This document shows, in pieces, positions 1 to 11,189 of a stretch of 38,838 nt of DNA; position 1 is the first letter of the stretch; every line of letters begins with the position of its first letter. Under the pieces are notes generated by a model that was not told the DNA's origin, did no database searches, and worked only from the letters and a program-made list of their open reading frames with translations. The position numbers and the translations under genes are program-made. This DNA is from Octopus bimaculoides (lineage: Eukaryota): contig NC_068987.1 in the NCBI RefSeq assembly GCF_001194135.2, positions 50,005,461-50,044,298 on the forward strand, in the 5' to 3' direction.

Positions 1-1388
1 AGAGAGAGAGGATTGTGCGCAGTTTCTGTCTGCCAGATTTCACTCATTTAAAGCACTGCAACATTTAGATTCCTTGCAATTTGCCTTGTCTTTTATTCAG
101 CTAATTTTGATAAAATAAGTACTAAACCTAAAATAACTACTTGTTATATAATGTCAGTGATTTTTAACTGACAACCTCATTTTATTTTTTAGTTGCTTAC
201 ATTGCCAATGCTTTTGTGAACTGCATAAAACATCATTCTCTCCTTCTTCTTCCTAGCTATATTTGTGACATTGTGCTGAAAAAAATCATTTATGTTAAAA
301 CATGTAAAAAAGAAAGAAAGGAATGAATAAATGAATGAAGACAATGTTGGGTAGAGAGAACTGTAAACTGTATAGTCTTTTCTAGAACAAGCTCTCTAGT
401 GCCAGTAACATGATGAATTGCATTCAGCCCAGACTCTAGAATAATAAAAAAAATGGCGTTAAACATAATGTATGCAACAACAGTCAGTTGTGTGTGTGTG
501 TGTTAAATGATGAACCATGGCAGGTGATGAGTTGAAGGGCCACAGTGTGCAGCAGGGTAAAGGGCCATAGTGGGTCACAAGATAAAGGGCTGTGCTAGGT
601 GGGGAAACATTGAGAGAGACTTCAACATAGAAAAATAAACATATATGATGGTGTGTGTGTGTGTCATGACATCATAAGAATTTATAAATGTTGGAGAGAA
701 TGTGAAATAATTATTTTTGGAACTGTGGGGTTTGTAACAGATGAAAAAGTTAAAGGCAACCTTCTACTTTTTCTGTCCAAAAGGGTTTTTCAACCCAATA
801 TAAATGTGCTATTATTTGTAGCTCTATTATCTGCTTCAAGAATCTCTATTCCAAAAAAGAATGATATGTGTGTGTGTTTGAGTTTGTTTACATCTTTGAT
901 CTGCTATCATTGTACAAAGATGTAGTGGGTGGTGTTGATGTTGCCCATTTCTCCTGGCAACAAATCATCTGCTTACTTCATGTCTTTGAAGCCATGTGGA
1001 ATAAGAGATGCTTTATTGAAAAGTTAGCATCAGAAAGGGTATCTTGTTGTGAAACAGTGCCTCAGCATATTCCATCTATGCAGGCATGGAAAAACAAATG
1101 TAAAACAAACTAACCAAATTCTTTTGTCTTTTTTGGCAATTTGAATCACTTTTAGTTTAAATGCAGCTGTACACTTAGCTTATGCAGGAGGCATTGTCTT
1201 ACAAAATGGTACAAGTATAAACTAAAACTATATGGTTATGTTCCTCAAGTACTGTTTGGGACCTAACATCAGCTGATTTGTCAAGTGAGATTGTGACCTG
1301 ACTTTCACTGACTTTTATGCAGTCTTTCGAATTACTGTAGCTGATAGAAATAATAAGACTGATATTGATAATTGTGATGTAATTATAG

Positions 1389-1560
1389 TAACCTTTTTGC
1401 TAACATATTTTTATCAAAATACACTGCCTTTGTTTCAGTTCATTTCAAAAATAATGAATTTAATAAACTATTTTTGTTGTTAATAATGTATGGAATGTAA
1501 ACTAATATGAAATTTGATGGAAGATGGCAAGCTCAGGTAGATGGGTATCAAAACATTTAA
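1389..1560 (+). mobile_element. MITE family C (piggyBac-like, about 220 bp)
   Basis: Shared body ATATTTCTGTTGAAATACACTGCCTTTGTTTC...TTTTGATGGAAGG...GGTATCAAAAGGGTTAA. The CCC...GGG ends with TTAA flanks seen across copies are piggyBac-like. This copy is internally deleted. Confidence 0.7.
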
Positions 1561-1749
1561 GAGTTATTACCTTTCATCACTTATCTGACAAAACCGGTTA
1601 CACTACTTAATAGCTGTTTGCATCTATGAACTGTAGTTTGGTGAAGCATTCTGTACTGACAAATAATACCATGTAATAAATAGATGTGCTTATATAAGAA
1701 ATAATAGTGTGATGTATTTTGTATGGTACTCATTAAACTATAGTAATTA

Positions 1750-2502
1750 TTGGGTCATCCCATAGATAATGCATGAACTAAAGGTTGAAGTGGGGGTGGA
1801 ATAAAATGACTGCATCAACTTGCTATAAAAGCAGGTAGTAATTTTACCTTGTGCTTATTTTTAGTGCAAGTTTTGAAGAGTGCAGTCTGATTTTAGCAGT
1901 TATTTTTTCAAAGCTATAATGGAAGTGAGAAAGGAACATATTCGGCATATTTTGATTTACGAGTTCAATAAAGGCAACAGTGCAACGGAAAGTGCGAGGA
2001 ATATTAATGTAGTATATGGGGAACGGACAAGCATAAGCCAGTGTCAGCGGTGGTTCCAGAAATTCTGAGCTGGAAACTACAGCCTAGAAGATTAGCCTCA
2101 TCTTGGAAGATCTGTAGAGCTCGACAAGGATGTCCTGCAAACCTTGGTGGAACAAATCCCATCGTAACTGTTGAGGAACTATCAGAGAAGCTTGGATTTG
2201 GTCGTTCAACCATTCATTGACACCTGCGTGTCATTGGAAAAGTTAGCAAATTGGGTCAATGGGTTCCTCACAAACTTTCCGAGTCTAATCATACGCAGAG
2301 AGTGAATGTGTACTCTTTGTTGTCACGTCTCATGAATGAACCTCTTTTGGACTGAATAGTGACTGGTAACAAGAAATGGGTTCTCTATAAAAATGTCAAG
2401 CACTGATGACAGTGGTTAGGGGAAAGAGAAACACTGGCACCTCAGGCTAAAGAAGGTCTTCACCCACATATGGTGTTGTTATTTGTTTGGTGGGATATGA
2501 AA
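1750..2502 (+). mobile_element. Mariner transposon relic (left TIR plus N-terminal half of transposase), 4E-BP intron 1
   Basis: TA then TTGGGTCATCCCATAGATAATGC terminus. ATG at 1919 reads MEVRKEHIRHILIYEFNKG...WVPHKL...VTGNKKW...LHP...VWWD with several stops and a frameshift, and is truncated after WWDMK. Confidence 0.92.
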
Positions 2503-2680
2503 CTTTCTCAGTGAATTATGCCTATCAAACATAGAAAAGTAGGTATTGGCTCATAAGGTAATATGCTGAAATGTGGCATAAAAATTAGGAGTTGTGAAAG
2601 TGAGGTGAGATAGATGAAGGACCTTTTTTTGTGTTGGAAAGTTCTGGTTAAATGTTAAGTAGCTTGCTTATTAACTTTAA

Positions 2681-2905
2681 AACCCTCTTGTTATCATATT
2701 TTTGTTGAAATACACTGCCTTTGTTTCAGTAAATTTTGAAAATTATGAAGAATTTGGTAAATAATTTAGTCATTATTAAACCAATGTTTGGAACATAAAT
2801 TAATGTGCAATTTTGATGGTAGGTTTTAATTTAGATCATTTTAAGGCAAAAACTTTATATTGCAGAACTAAAGAGCATCTTAAGCAGAATGGTATAAAAA
2901 AAAGT
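2681..2905 (+). mobile_element. MITE family C
   Basis: Collinear with the other C copies. Confidence 0.75.
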
Positions 2906-3051
2906 GGTAAGAAAATTATGAAGTATGTACCTATGTCATGCATTTATTGTAGGAATTTGCATGCTAGTGTCTAATCAGATTGACTATTATAATTTGACAT
3001 TAAACATTCTGTGATACGCAATTTACAATGTTAACTTTTTTTATCCTCTAG

Positions 3052-3219
3052 GTACTAGAATATTTTATGACCGAGCATTTTTACTGCAATGCCGTAATTC
3101 TCCATTGGCTAAAAGCCCTCCTGCAAATATGGCACAGATTCCTGGGATAACAATGCCCGGAGAAGTTGAAATGCCTTGTAATCCACATACAGCAGTTGAA
3201 GAAGAGAAAGGTACTAAAG
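3052..3219 (+). CDS. EIF4EBP: eIF4E-binding protein (4E-BP/Thor), internal coding exon (exon 2)
   Basis: Acceptor ttttttatcctctag|G at 3051/3052 and donor AAG|gtaggt at 3219/3220, both phase 1. Translates (G)[55 protein letters not shown]: canonical YxxxxLphi motif, SP/SPP sites equivalent to human S65/T70, and the IPG(V/I)T secondary eIF4E-binding motif. Exon 1 (TPGG/RAIP region) was not found in the window. Confidence 0.95.
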
Positions 3220-3324
3220 GTAGGTGGACTTATACACATCCACTTAATCTTGCTTGTGTCGTAGAAATTGTCCATCCCACCATCCATTTATCTATCTATT
3301 TATCTTTTTATCTGTGTGTGTGTA

Positions 3325-3728
3325 GGAGTGGCTGTGTTTAAGAGGTGAATTTCTCAACTAAATGGTTTCAGGGTTAGTTCCACTCTGTGTCACCTTGGGC
3401 AAATGCCTTCTACTATAGTCTCAAACTGGCTAAAGCCTTAAGTATATTTGATAGATGGAAACTGAAAGAAGCCCACAAATGTTTGTATGTTTGTGTCTTG
3501 TCTTGATATCACACAATAGCTGTAAGTAAGTAACTGTCATACAAGCAGTGTCATCAATTCCCAATATTTTGTAAAAACATGTCTGGCTATAAGAAATATT
3601 ACTTTGCTTGGAAACAGGTGAGTGTTGGCAATGGGAAGGGCACCTGGCTGTAGAAAATCTGTCTCAAACCCTGTCTTCCAGCCCATGATGCAAGCATAGA
3701 AAAGTGGACATTAAAATTATGATGATGA
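3325..3728 (+). mobile_element. SINE with family-A head and alternative tail F ending in (GAT)n
   Basis: The A head and core (3325-3475) are followed by a different tail ...GCTTGGAAACAGGTGAG...GGAAGGGCA...GAAAAGTGGACATTAAAATTATGATGATG. Confidence 0.75.
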
Positions 3729-3729
3729 A

Positions 3730-3869
3730 TATATATTATTTACATTTGATGGATATTTGTCCTCATCTTGTTTGTTGTTAACATGTTTCTGCTGATATAC
3801 CCTCCACCCTTCATCAGGTGTCTTGGGGAAATTTCAAACCTGGGTTCTCATTTCTAAGGTATTTTTTGA

Positions 3870-3913
<44 letters not shown>

Positions 3914-4030
3914 TCACTGCCTGGAATCGAACTTGGAATCAGTAGCCCGTGCTCTTAACCACTATGCCATATACCCGTGGGCAATTATAGAGTGAATTTT
4001 AGGGCTTATAAATCTAATATTTTCCTATCC
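3730..4030 (-). mobile_element. Element with internal Pol III A/B boxes, (AAT)n spacer and degenerate hammerhead ribozyme core (retrozyme-like)
   Basis: Minus strand: TGGCATAGTGG (A box) ... GTTCGATTCC (B box), (AAT)n, then gacac-CTGATGA-21 nt-GAAAC-atgttaac at 3822-3774. Confidence 0.6.
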
Positions 4031-4149
4031 TTCCTTAATACTGGTTCCCATATGCTATTCATATCTGCACTCAGTCTGCTTAGGAGGTTGTTGTGTCCTA
4101 GCATACGTGCTGCTTCTTTTACTAAAAGAAGCAGCACATATGCGAGGAC

Positions 4150-4430
4150 ACAACAAACCCCTAAGTAGACCGAGGACTGAGATATGTGGCACATTGCTGT
4201 ACTCAAGATCTGCTCACCACAACAGAATCGAGATCCTAAAACCAAGGTGCCCTGTAGAAAGCATCCAGTACACTCTGTAAAGTGGTTGGCATTAGGAAGG
4301 GCATCCATCTGTAGAAACCAAGCCAAATCAGACAATGGAACCTGATTCAGCATCTGACCTTGTCAGCTCCTGTCAAGCTCTCCAATCCAAACCAGCATGG
4401 AAAATAGAGGTTAAATGTTGATGATGATTG
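4150..4430 (+). mobile_element. Family B: variably 5'-truncated retroposon 3' end with (GAT)n tail (RTE-like LINE tail or SINE)
   Basis: GGTTGGCATTAGGAAGGGCATCC...GTAGAAACC...CCAGCATGGAAAA...GTTAAATGTTGATGATGAT. At least ten copies in the window, with different 5' extents. Confidence 0.75.
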
Positions 4431-4814
4431 TGTGTGTATTATAAAACAAATATTTGTATGGGAGCTCAGTTGAAGCTCAGAGCACAGAAACACTCCGTTG
4501 TATCATGTAACAACAAATAACCTCTACAACATTAGCTTTTAGATACATAATGCACATTGACAGATGTGAGATTCTTCATGGGAGTAATCTGTTACATATA
4601 TGTTATCACTGATAGTATTGTCACTTCCTTAATGACCTGAATGTCATCATGGGAAAAAATAGTCAAATTTGCCACAAAGCACAACTTTATTGTGTCAGGA
4701 AACAAAAAACAAAAAAAGAACCTAAATCATACACTCTTATCAAAATAAGAAAGGTGCTGATGGCTCATGAGGTATACAATATATATTTGTGCGTGTGTGT
4801 ATGTGAAAGCATAT

Positions 4815-5100
4815 TGCCTAGTGGGTGTTTAGTTCGGGTTCAATTCCTGGTCTGGGTGGCATGTTGTGTCCTTGAGCAAGGGCCTTCATTTCCCGTTGTT
4901 CAGTCTACTCCGCTGGAAATGAGTACTAGCTGAATGTTGGTACACCTCTCCTTCCTTCCAGTTGCCATATCCTGGATGTGTTGCTAGGCCAAACAGTGGG
5001 AGAGTCAGTCAAAGGTTGTCTTTGCTTGCAGCTTAATAGGCACTTGAAACAATTCACTGAAAGCTGATACATGTTACCCAACCGCATTTGTTTGCTGGCT
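4815..5100 (+). mobile_element. tRNA-derived SINE with V/CORE-like core (distinct family)
   Basis: CTAGTGG...GGGTTCAATTCC followed by GTGTCCTTGAGCAAGGGCCTT. Confidence 0.55.
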
Positions 5101-5473
5101 CCTCTGTGTGTGTGTGTGTGGAGGCTTCTAGAGTACTTTCAAATCACGTTTTATGAAAAACTTTATTTTTAAGGATGTGATATATTTTCATATTCTGTGT
5201 TTATTGGAAGATTGAAGTTCTGAACTATTTGTTTAAAAGTCACATGTTCATTATTGGGTCTCAGATATTATAATACAGTGAGCTACAAAACTTCATTGTT
5301 CAAGCAATTTAGTGAAGAACATGTAGGAGGTGGGGTATAATCTAAAAACTATTAGGAAGGGAGATAACTTCAATATGATTAGTTGACCTAAATTTATAGA
5401 CGATGTAAGTAAAGTGGAATAGGTCTGTCTTTAACCATTTTGTTACCCAATGAAATAAACTGTTTAGTTTTTA

Positions 5474-5694
5474 TTAACCTCTTTGTTACCATATTTCTGA
5501 TAAAATATGCTGCTTTCAGTTAATTTTGAAAATAATGAATTTTGTGAAATAGCTGTCACTATCAAGCTAATATTTAGAACACAATTTAACATAGAATTTT
5601 GATGGACATTTTTAATTTAGATCACTTTAAAACAGAAAGTTCGTTGTATCAAGGTATCAGGCAGGTTGGTATCAAAATGGATAAACATTTGCTT
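5474..5694 (+). mobile_element. MITE family C
   Basis: TTAACCTCTTTGTTACC...GGTTGGTATCAAAATGGATAA. Confidence 0.75.
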
Positions 5695-5829
5695 AAACAT
5701 GTAATGAAATTGTGCTATCTGTTCCCATAAAGTTTGAAAATAATCAAGATTTTTTTGGGTATATCTAATAAAATAGCTAAATCCTTTTTTGTTTAGTAAA
5801 ATAACTAATTTTGTTATTATTAAGCTGGT

Positions 5830-6300
5830 GTTTCAAATATAAGTTAAAAAGTATGTTGTCATCAGTGTACGTCTGCATTCCATTATAGTATGGGTTAGAC
5901 ATTTTTTATAATATCTAACAGATCAGAGGACTACATCTTACTCCAATGTCACACTTTTGGCATGATTTCTACAGCTGGATGCCCTTTCTGATACCAACTG
6001 GTCCTGGGTCTTTTTTTGGTTGTACCCACTCTAATGAGTTCAGCTTGTAACTTAAAAGACTGAAGATCATCCTCTACTGAAAGGGAGGGTAGGAGATTGG
6101 GTGGATGATAAGGTGTTGAGAAATTAAATTAAGATGCAAGGATCTGAAACAGGTATACTGTTTGTGGAAGGGATTCATGGTTACTTTGTATTTTATATGG
6201 GTGGATGGGGGAGGCTAGAGCTGGGCAAAAATGTAAAATATAAAGACATTGAAACAGATGGGTTAGGAGGCAGTTGAAACAGATGGGTTAGGAGGCAGTT
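5830..6300 (-). mobile_element. Family B copy
   Basis: Reverse complement of the B tail plus a longer upstream portion. Contains a perfect 25-nt tandem duplication at 6249-6298. Confidence 0.6.
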
Positions 6301-6405
6301 GCAGGCATGTTGCTAATCAAAAGGGTTAATCTCAGCTTTTCGTTTTATTAAACCTCCTCAGTGAATTATCGTATTTAGTTGGCAAGACATTGATCAATAT
6401 ATTTC

Positions 6406-6413
<8 letters not shown>

Positions 6414-6451
<38 letters not shown>
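6414..6451. repeat. (AG)n microsatellite
   Basis: Direct read. Confidence 0.95.
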
Positions 6452-6454
<3 letters not shown>

Positions 6455-6719
6455 GGGGGTGTAATGTAGTGACACTGATTATGAATAGCAACACTATGGT
6501 TGATGGAAAATACTTCAAAAGAGCATTCTATTTACTAAATACAGTTGTGACTGGGTCTTATGCATGTTAGATATGAGTCGAAAACTTCAATTATCTCATG
6601 TTTAGTCCTACTGTAATTGTTTTAATATGCAGAACATTCCTCTGTGGTATATTCTCTTAGTTATATTATCAAGTGTTTATTGTAGGTATTACTCTTAGTT
6701 TTCTAGATTCTAAATTCAT

Positions 6720-6890
6720 TGATGTCTGGGATGCATTGCCGAAATTTGACTGGTACTTTATATTATCAGCCTTGGAAAGATGAACATCAAAGTTGATTTG
6801 AAAAGACTTGTACTTGGAGCATAAAAACTATAATTCAGCAAGGCAGTTTGGTTGGTGCATAATGAATTTGTCAGTCCATCTCACCTTAGT
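6720..6890 (-). mobile_element. SINE family E, strongly decayed
   Basis: TTTGACTGGTACTTTATATTATC...GGAAAGATGAA...AAAGTTGA. Confidence 0.5.
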
Positions 6891-6939
6891 AGCATCATTT
6901 TACCCAAAGTAGTTTAGTTTAATCTAATCTTCTTCCTCC

Positions 6940-7290
6940 TTATCATCATCATTAATGACTGACTTCCATATTGGTTTGAGTTGAACAGCTTGACAGGATC
7001 TGCTGAATCAGAGGACTACATAAAACCTCAGATGTCTACTTTGGCATAGTTTCTATAGCTGGATACCCTTGCTAACACCAACCTTGTTACAGTGTGTATT
7101 GAGTGCTGCTTTTATGGCACCAGCACTAGAGAAGATTGCTTCATATTTTGCAAAGCTAAGGGCCTAAATTGGCCTCTATACTTAGGAAGGATTGAAGAGA
7201 GAGTGGGTGATGATCGATCTTCCCTCAGTTATAGGGGCCACTTTAAGCCCTTAATCTTACAAGTTACAAGGCAGTCATAATTAGTACCAG
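6940..7290 (-). mobile_element. Family B copy
   Basis: ATCATCATCATTAATG...TTTCTATAGCTGGATACCCTTGCTAACACCAACC...GGCACCAGCAC. Confidence 0.65.
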
Positions 7291-7481
7291 TACCTTTATG
7301 AGAATTGCCTCATAATTTGCAAGGCTAGCCCTATAACTCTGAAAAATGTTTCACTCCCATTTCATAATTGACTCGGTAGTTGACAAGAAAGTTAATCAAC
7401 ATTTAGTTTGTAAAATTAACATTACAAAACTTTTGAAACATTTAACCAAAATTTGTATAGAAAATTGATCTTAAAAAAGAA

Positions 7482-7702
7482 AACCTTTTTGTTACCAAAT
7501 TTCTGTTGAAATAAACTGCCTTCGTTTTTATTGATTTTGAAATAAATGAAGAGTTTAATAACATAAATTTGTCATTATTAAACTGGTGTTTGGAGCATAA
7601 ATTAGCACAAAATTTTGATGGAAGGTTTTGACTTAGATCACTTTAAAACAAGAAGTTTGTATCATAGAACTAGGACAGTTGCAGGTGCGTTAGTATCAAA
7701 AG
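7482..7702 (+). mobile_element. MITE family C
   Basis: AACCTTTTTGTTACC...TTAGATCACTTTAAAACAAGAAG...GTATCAAAAG. Confidence 0.75.
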
Positions 7703-8695
7703 ACAAAATGGAGAGAGAAAAAATATAACATTAGCTATGTGAAAATTGTATTAATAGTGAACAAATTGTCTAGAATTATGTCCAGTTTTCTGCTGGAGAA
7801 TTTGGATGATGACACAATTTGTTATCTTAGGTCATCCTTGATAATTTAAATATAGAATTAAGTAGCTGTGAGAGCTGTGATGGCTGAATGTAAAAAAAGA
7901 AAAATATTGGCCTGTTTAAATTTTGGGTCTAGTGTTCAAACCTCTAAGTTAGCATTTCTTTTTATCCCTGACCAATTGACTAACTTAATTTTTCTTAGCT
8001 GTTAGAAATCAGTTCCATAGCTATTGGACAGACTAATAGCATCACTTCAAGAGTTATTTACTTCTGTCTACTGTATCCTGGGAGCTGTAGGAAACATAGG
8101 TTGTGTTCAGATTTAAATCTGATTGAATACTAGTTCTGAAAGTAAATCTTCTGACTATGGAATAAAATATTTGCCTTTTTCCTAATAATTATGCAGCACA
8201 TAAATTGTAAATAGTCCAACTGAAGTTGACTTACCTAGATTCTAGATATGCAACAAAAGAATTAATTATTTTTTATTTGAGGAATTTTTAGACTTTTCTA
8301 AGCTAAGAGAGAGGTATAACTTAGGTTAGTTCCATTAATGTGGCAGACTGGTTGTCAAAAAAAAAATGTGGTCCAAGAATTCAAAAGGGTACAGGTCTGC
8401 AGAAAGGTTGAATATAGCAGTTAGTAAAAGCAATATTAAGCTGGAAAAGGGTGGGGAATGACATGTATTGGGTGGATGTTTTTAGTGAAGCAGAGGTTAG
8501 TAAGTCAACACTACAGGTTGTCATAAAACAAGAGATGTAGTGGTCATTGGCCTGATAATTGTTCTGGTAGATTTCTAGAGATAGTGGGGAGTTTGTTGAG
8601 TAAGTTTCCATTGTCATATTTAACATCTACACCAAAGCTTTTTTTTTTTGATAGTTCATGAGATAATAGTTTCTTGAAGCAAGCCAATCACTTAG

Positions 8696-8898
8696 CTCTT
8701 TAGCATTTAATCCGACCATATCCAACCCAAATATTCTACCTGTTTTATGTTAAAACTGACCAGATCCAACCTCTCATACCCACCCTACAATGTCAACATT
8801 GAAATCCTTAAGCTACAAAATAATGTGATTAATTCAAAGCAATGTGAATAAATAAGCAATACATTTGACAAAAAAAAAAAAATCTGAACACTAAAGGG
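8696..8898 (+). mobile_element. MITE family D (piggyBac-like)
   Basis: CTCTTTAGCATT...CACTAAAGGG|TTAA. The body matches the two halves of 27631-28232. Confidence 0.75.
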
Positions 8899-8914
8899 TT
8901 AAAGTGATATTTAT

Positions 8915-9143
8915 TTAACTCCTTTGATACCAGTGTGTTTGGAGCCACCTCAGGTCCTATGATACAAATTTACTGTTCTAAAGTGAACTAAATTAATTCA
9001 TCCATCACAATTTCATGTTAATTTATGTTCCAAATACCAGCATAGTAAATGATAAAGTTATTTTGATAAATTGTTAATTATTTTCAAAATTAACTGGAAC
9101 AAAGGCAGTGTATTTTAACAGAAACATTATAAGAAAAGAGTTG
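8915..9143 (-). mobile_element. MITE family C (reverse orientation)
   Basis: TTAACTCCTTTGATACC...AAAGGCAGTGTATTTTAACAGAAAC is the reverse complement of the C body. Confidence 0.8.
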
Positions 9144-9290
9144 AACTGTTTTGACAAGAAGAATGTGCAATATAACATAATCAGGATAAGAACTCATGAC
9201 TAATCAGCCATCAGTAATGCTTTTGGGATTTAAAACTTCTTACTTCCCAAAGAAAGACTTTTTCATTGATGAAACCCTGAAATGATTGTC

Positions 9291-9498
9291 ACCCTTTTGT
9301 TAACATATTTCTGTTGAAATGCACTGCCTTTGTATCAATTAATCTTGAAAATAATTAACAATTTATTAAAATAACAGTCATTATCATGCTAATGTTTGAA
9401 ACAAATCTAAATGGAAGTTTAGATCACACTCTTTAAACAAGGAATTTATATCATAGGTCTGGAGGTGGTCCCATGTGGGTTGGTATCAAAAGAATTAA
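9291..9498 (+). mobile_element. MITE family C
   Basis: ACCCTTTTGTTAACATATTTCTGTTGAAATGCACTGCC...GGTTGGTATCAAAAGAATTAA. Confidence 0.8.
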
Positions 9499-9732
9499 TT
9501 CACCATTCCTTCAAATGATGGCTTATTTCAAGAAATTATTATCTCATGAGCTCTCAAAGGAGCTTCTGTGTAGTGGCAGTCAAACTTGCTCAACAAACAC
9601 CCCACTATATTTATCAGTCTCCTACAACATCATTTTTCGAGACTACTGCTACTTTATAGCTGTAGCAGTTGTTTTATGAAGACCATTTAATAGTTAGAAC
9701 TTAGCTATGGTTTGGCTGATACAGTTAGGTGC

Positions 9733-10190
9733 CATCATCATCATAGTTTTGACATCCACTTTTCAATGCTTACATGGGTTAGATAGAATTTTTTGAGAGC
9801 AGATTTTCTACAGCTGGGATGCTCTTCCTATCACCAACCCTCACTTGTTTCCAAGCAAGATAATACTTCTCCATGCTCAGATGTTTTCCCACAGTGACAC
9901 TCATTTACAAATATCACATGGTCAAGACAAGGAGACACAAACATGCACCTGTACATATACATACATATAAGCTAAAACAGACAATGGAACCTGGTGTGGC
10001 CTTGGTCTTGCCAGTTCCTGTCAAGCAGTTCAACCCTTGCCAGCATGGAAAATGGATGTTTAATGTTGATGATGATGATAATGAGGACAGGCTTCTTTCA
10101 GTTTCCATCTACCAAATCCACTTCAAGGCTTTGGCTGGTCCAGAGCTATGGTAGAAGACACCTACCCAAGGTGCCACTCAGTGGATATAC
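9733..10190 (-). mobile_element. SINE A-head/F-tail copy, split by a family-B insertion at about 9972-10083
   Basis: Head at 10190-10085, central CA/TA repeat and F tail at 9970-9733, collinear with 25647-26068. Confidence 0.7.
9972..10083 (+). mobile_element. Family B short 3' fragment inside the A/F SINE
   Basis: GACAATGGAACCTGGTG...CCAGCATGGAAAATGGATGTTTAATGTTGATGATGAT. Confidence 0.7.
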
Positions 10191-10361
10191 TAATTAACTA
10201 ACATTTAAATCTCATCACTCATTGTTGTTTTCACATTCCACTTATACTTTTCACCTCTTCAGAGTTGATGAATATATATATGAGTAGACAAAACAAAACT
10301 ATAATTTGAATATTATAAATTGACATTTTTCTTTCTTTTCTTTTCTTTTTTCTTGTTACAG

Positions 10362-10399
10362 AAAATGACGAACAACCACAGTTTCAGATGGACATTTGA
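10362..10399 (+). CDS. EIF4EBP: 4E-BP terminal coding exon (exon 3) with TOS motif
   Basis: Long pyrimidine tract then cttgttacag| at 10361. The phase-1 join to exon 2 gives ...GTK-E-NDEQPQFQMDI*; FQMDI matches the raptor-binding TOS motif (human FEMDI) at the extreme C-terminus. Intron 3220-10361 (7142 nt). Confidence 0.93.
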
Positions 10400-10770
10400 A
10401 CTTTTCTTCAAACTTTTCGTGTGATTTTCTATGGTTCTTCTTGATGTTGTTTCTTCTGAACAGGCATTTAAAAAGAAAAAAACAAAAAAACGATACCTGC
10501 AAATTCACCATGCTGATGTTGGATTTTGTGTGCTGATAAATAATCTAAGTGCCAGATATTTCATTGTCCAGCATCTTGATGTTACCAGCGGCTCATTGTG
10601 AGGAAACTTACTTGGTCCATTTTCGTAAAGAAAAAGACAGAAAACAAAACAAAACAAAACAGAATGGAAACAGCAGTAGCAACAACTTAACATAGACAAA
10701 TCTCTTGAAATTAAATTTGTAAGGTGTGTACCTGGATGGATGTGAGTATGTATGTTTGTGCCAGTGCGTG

Positions 10771-11095
10771 TTAGTGTATGTATATGTATGTGTGTATATA
10801 TAAATATATACATATATATACGTGTATATATATAATATGTATATATGTACATACATATACATGTGTGTATGTATATAAATGTATATATGTATACGTGTAT
10901 GTATATATATGCATATATGTATAATATATATGTATACATGTATGTATATATATGCATATATATATAATATATATGTATATATGCACATGTATGTATATAT
11001 ATATATGTATATATACATATATATGTATACATGTATGTATATATGTGTATATATATGTATATGTATGTATATATATATATATATGTATATGTATG

Positions 11096-11189
<94 letters not shown>

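Noticed and set aside
6249-6298. Perfect 25-nt tandem duplication
   Set aside because: A slippage event inside a decayed repeat, with no sign of function.
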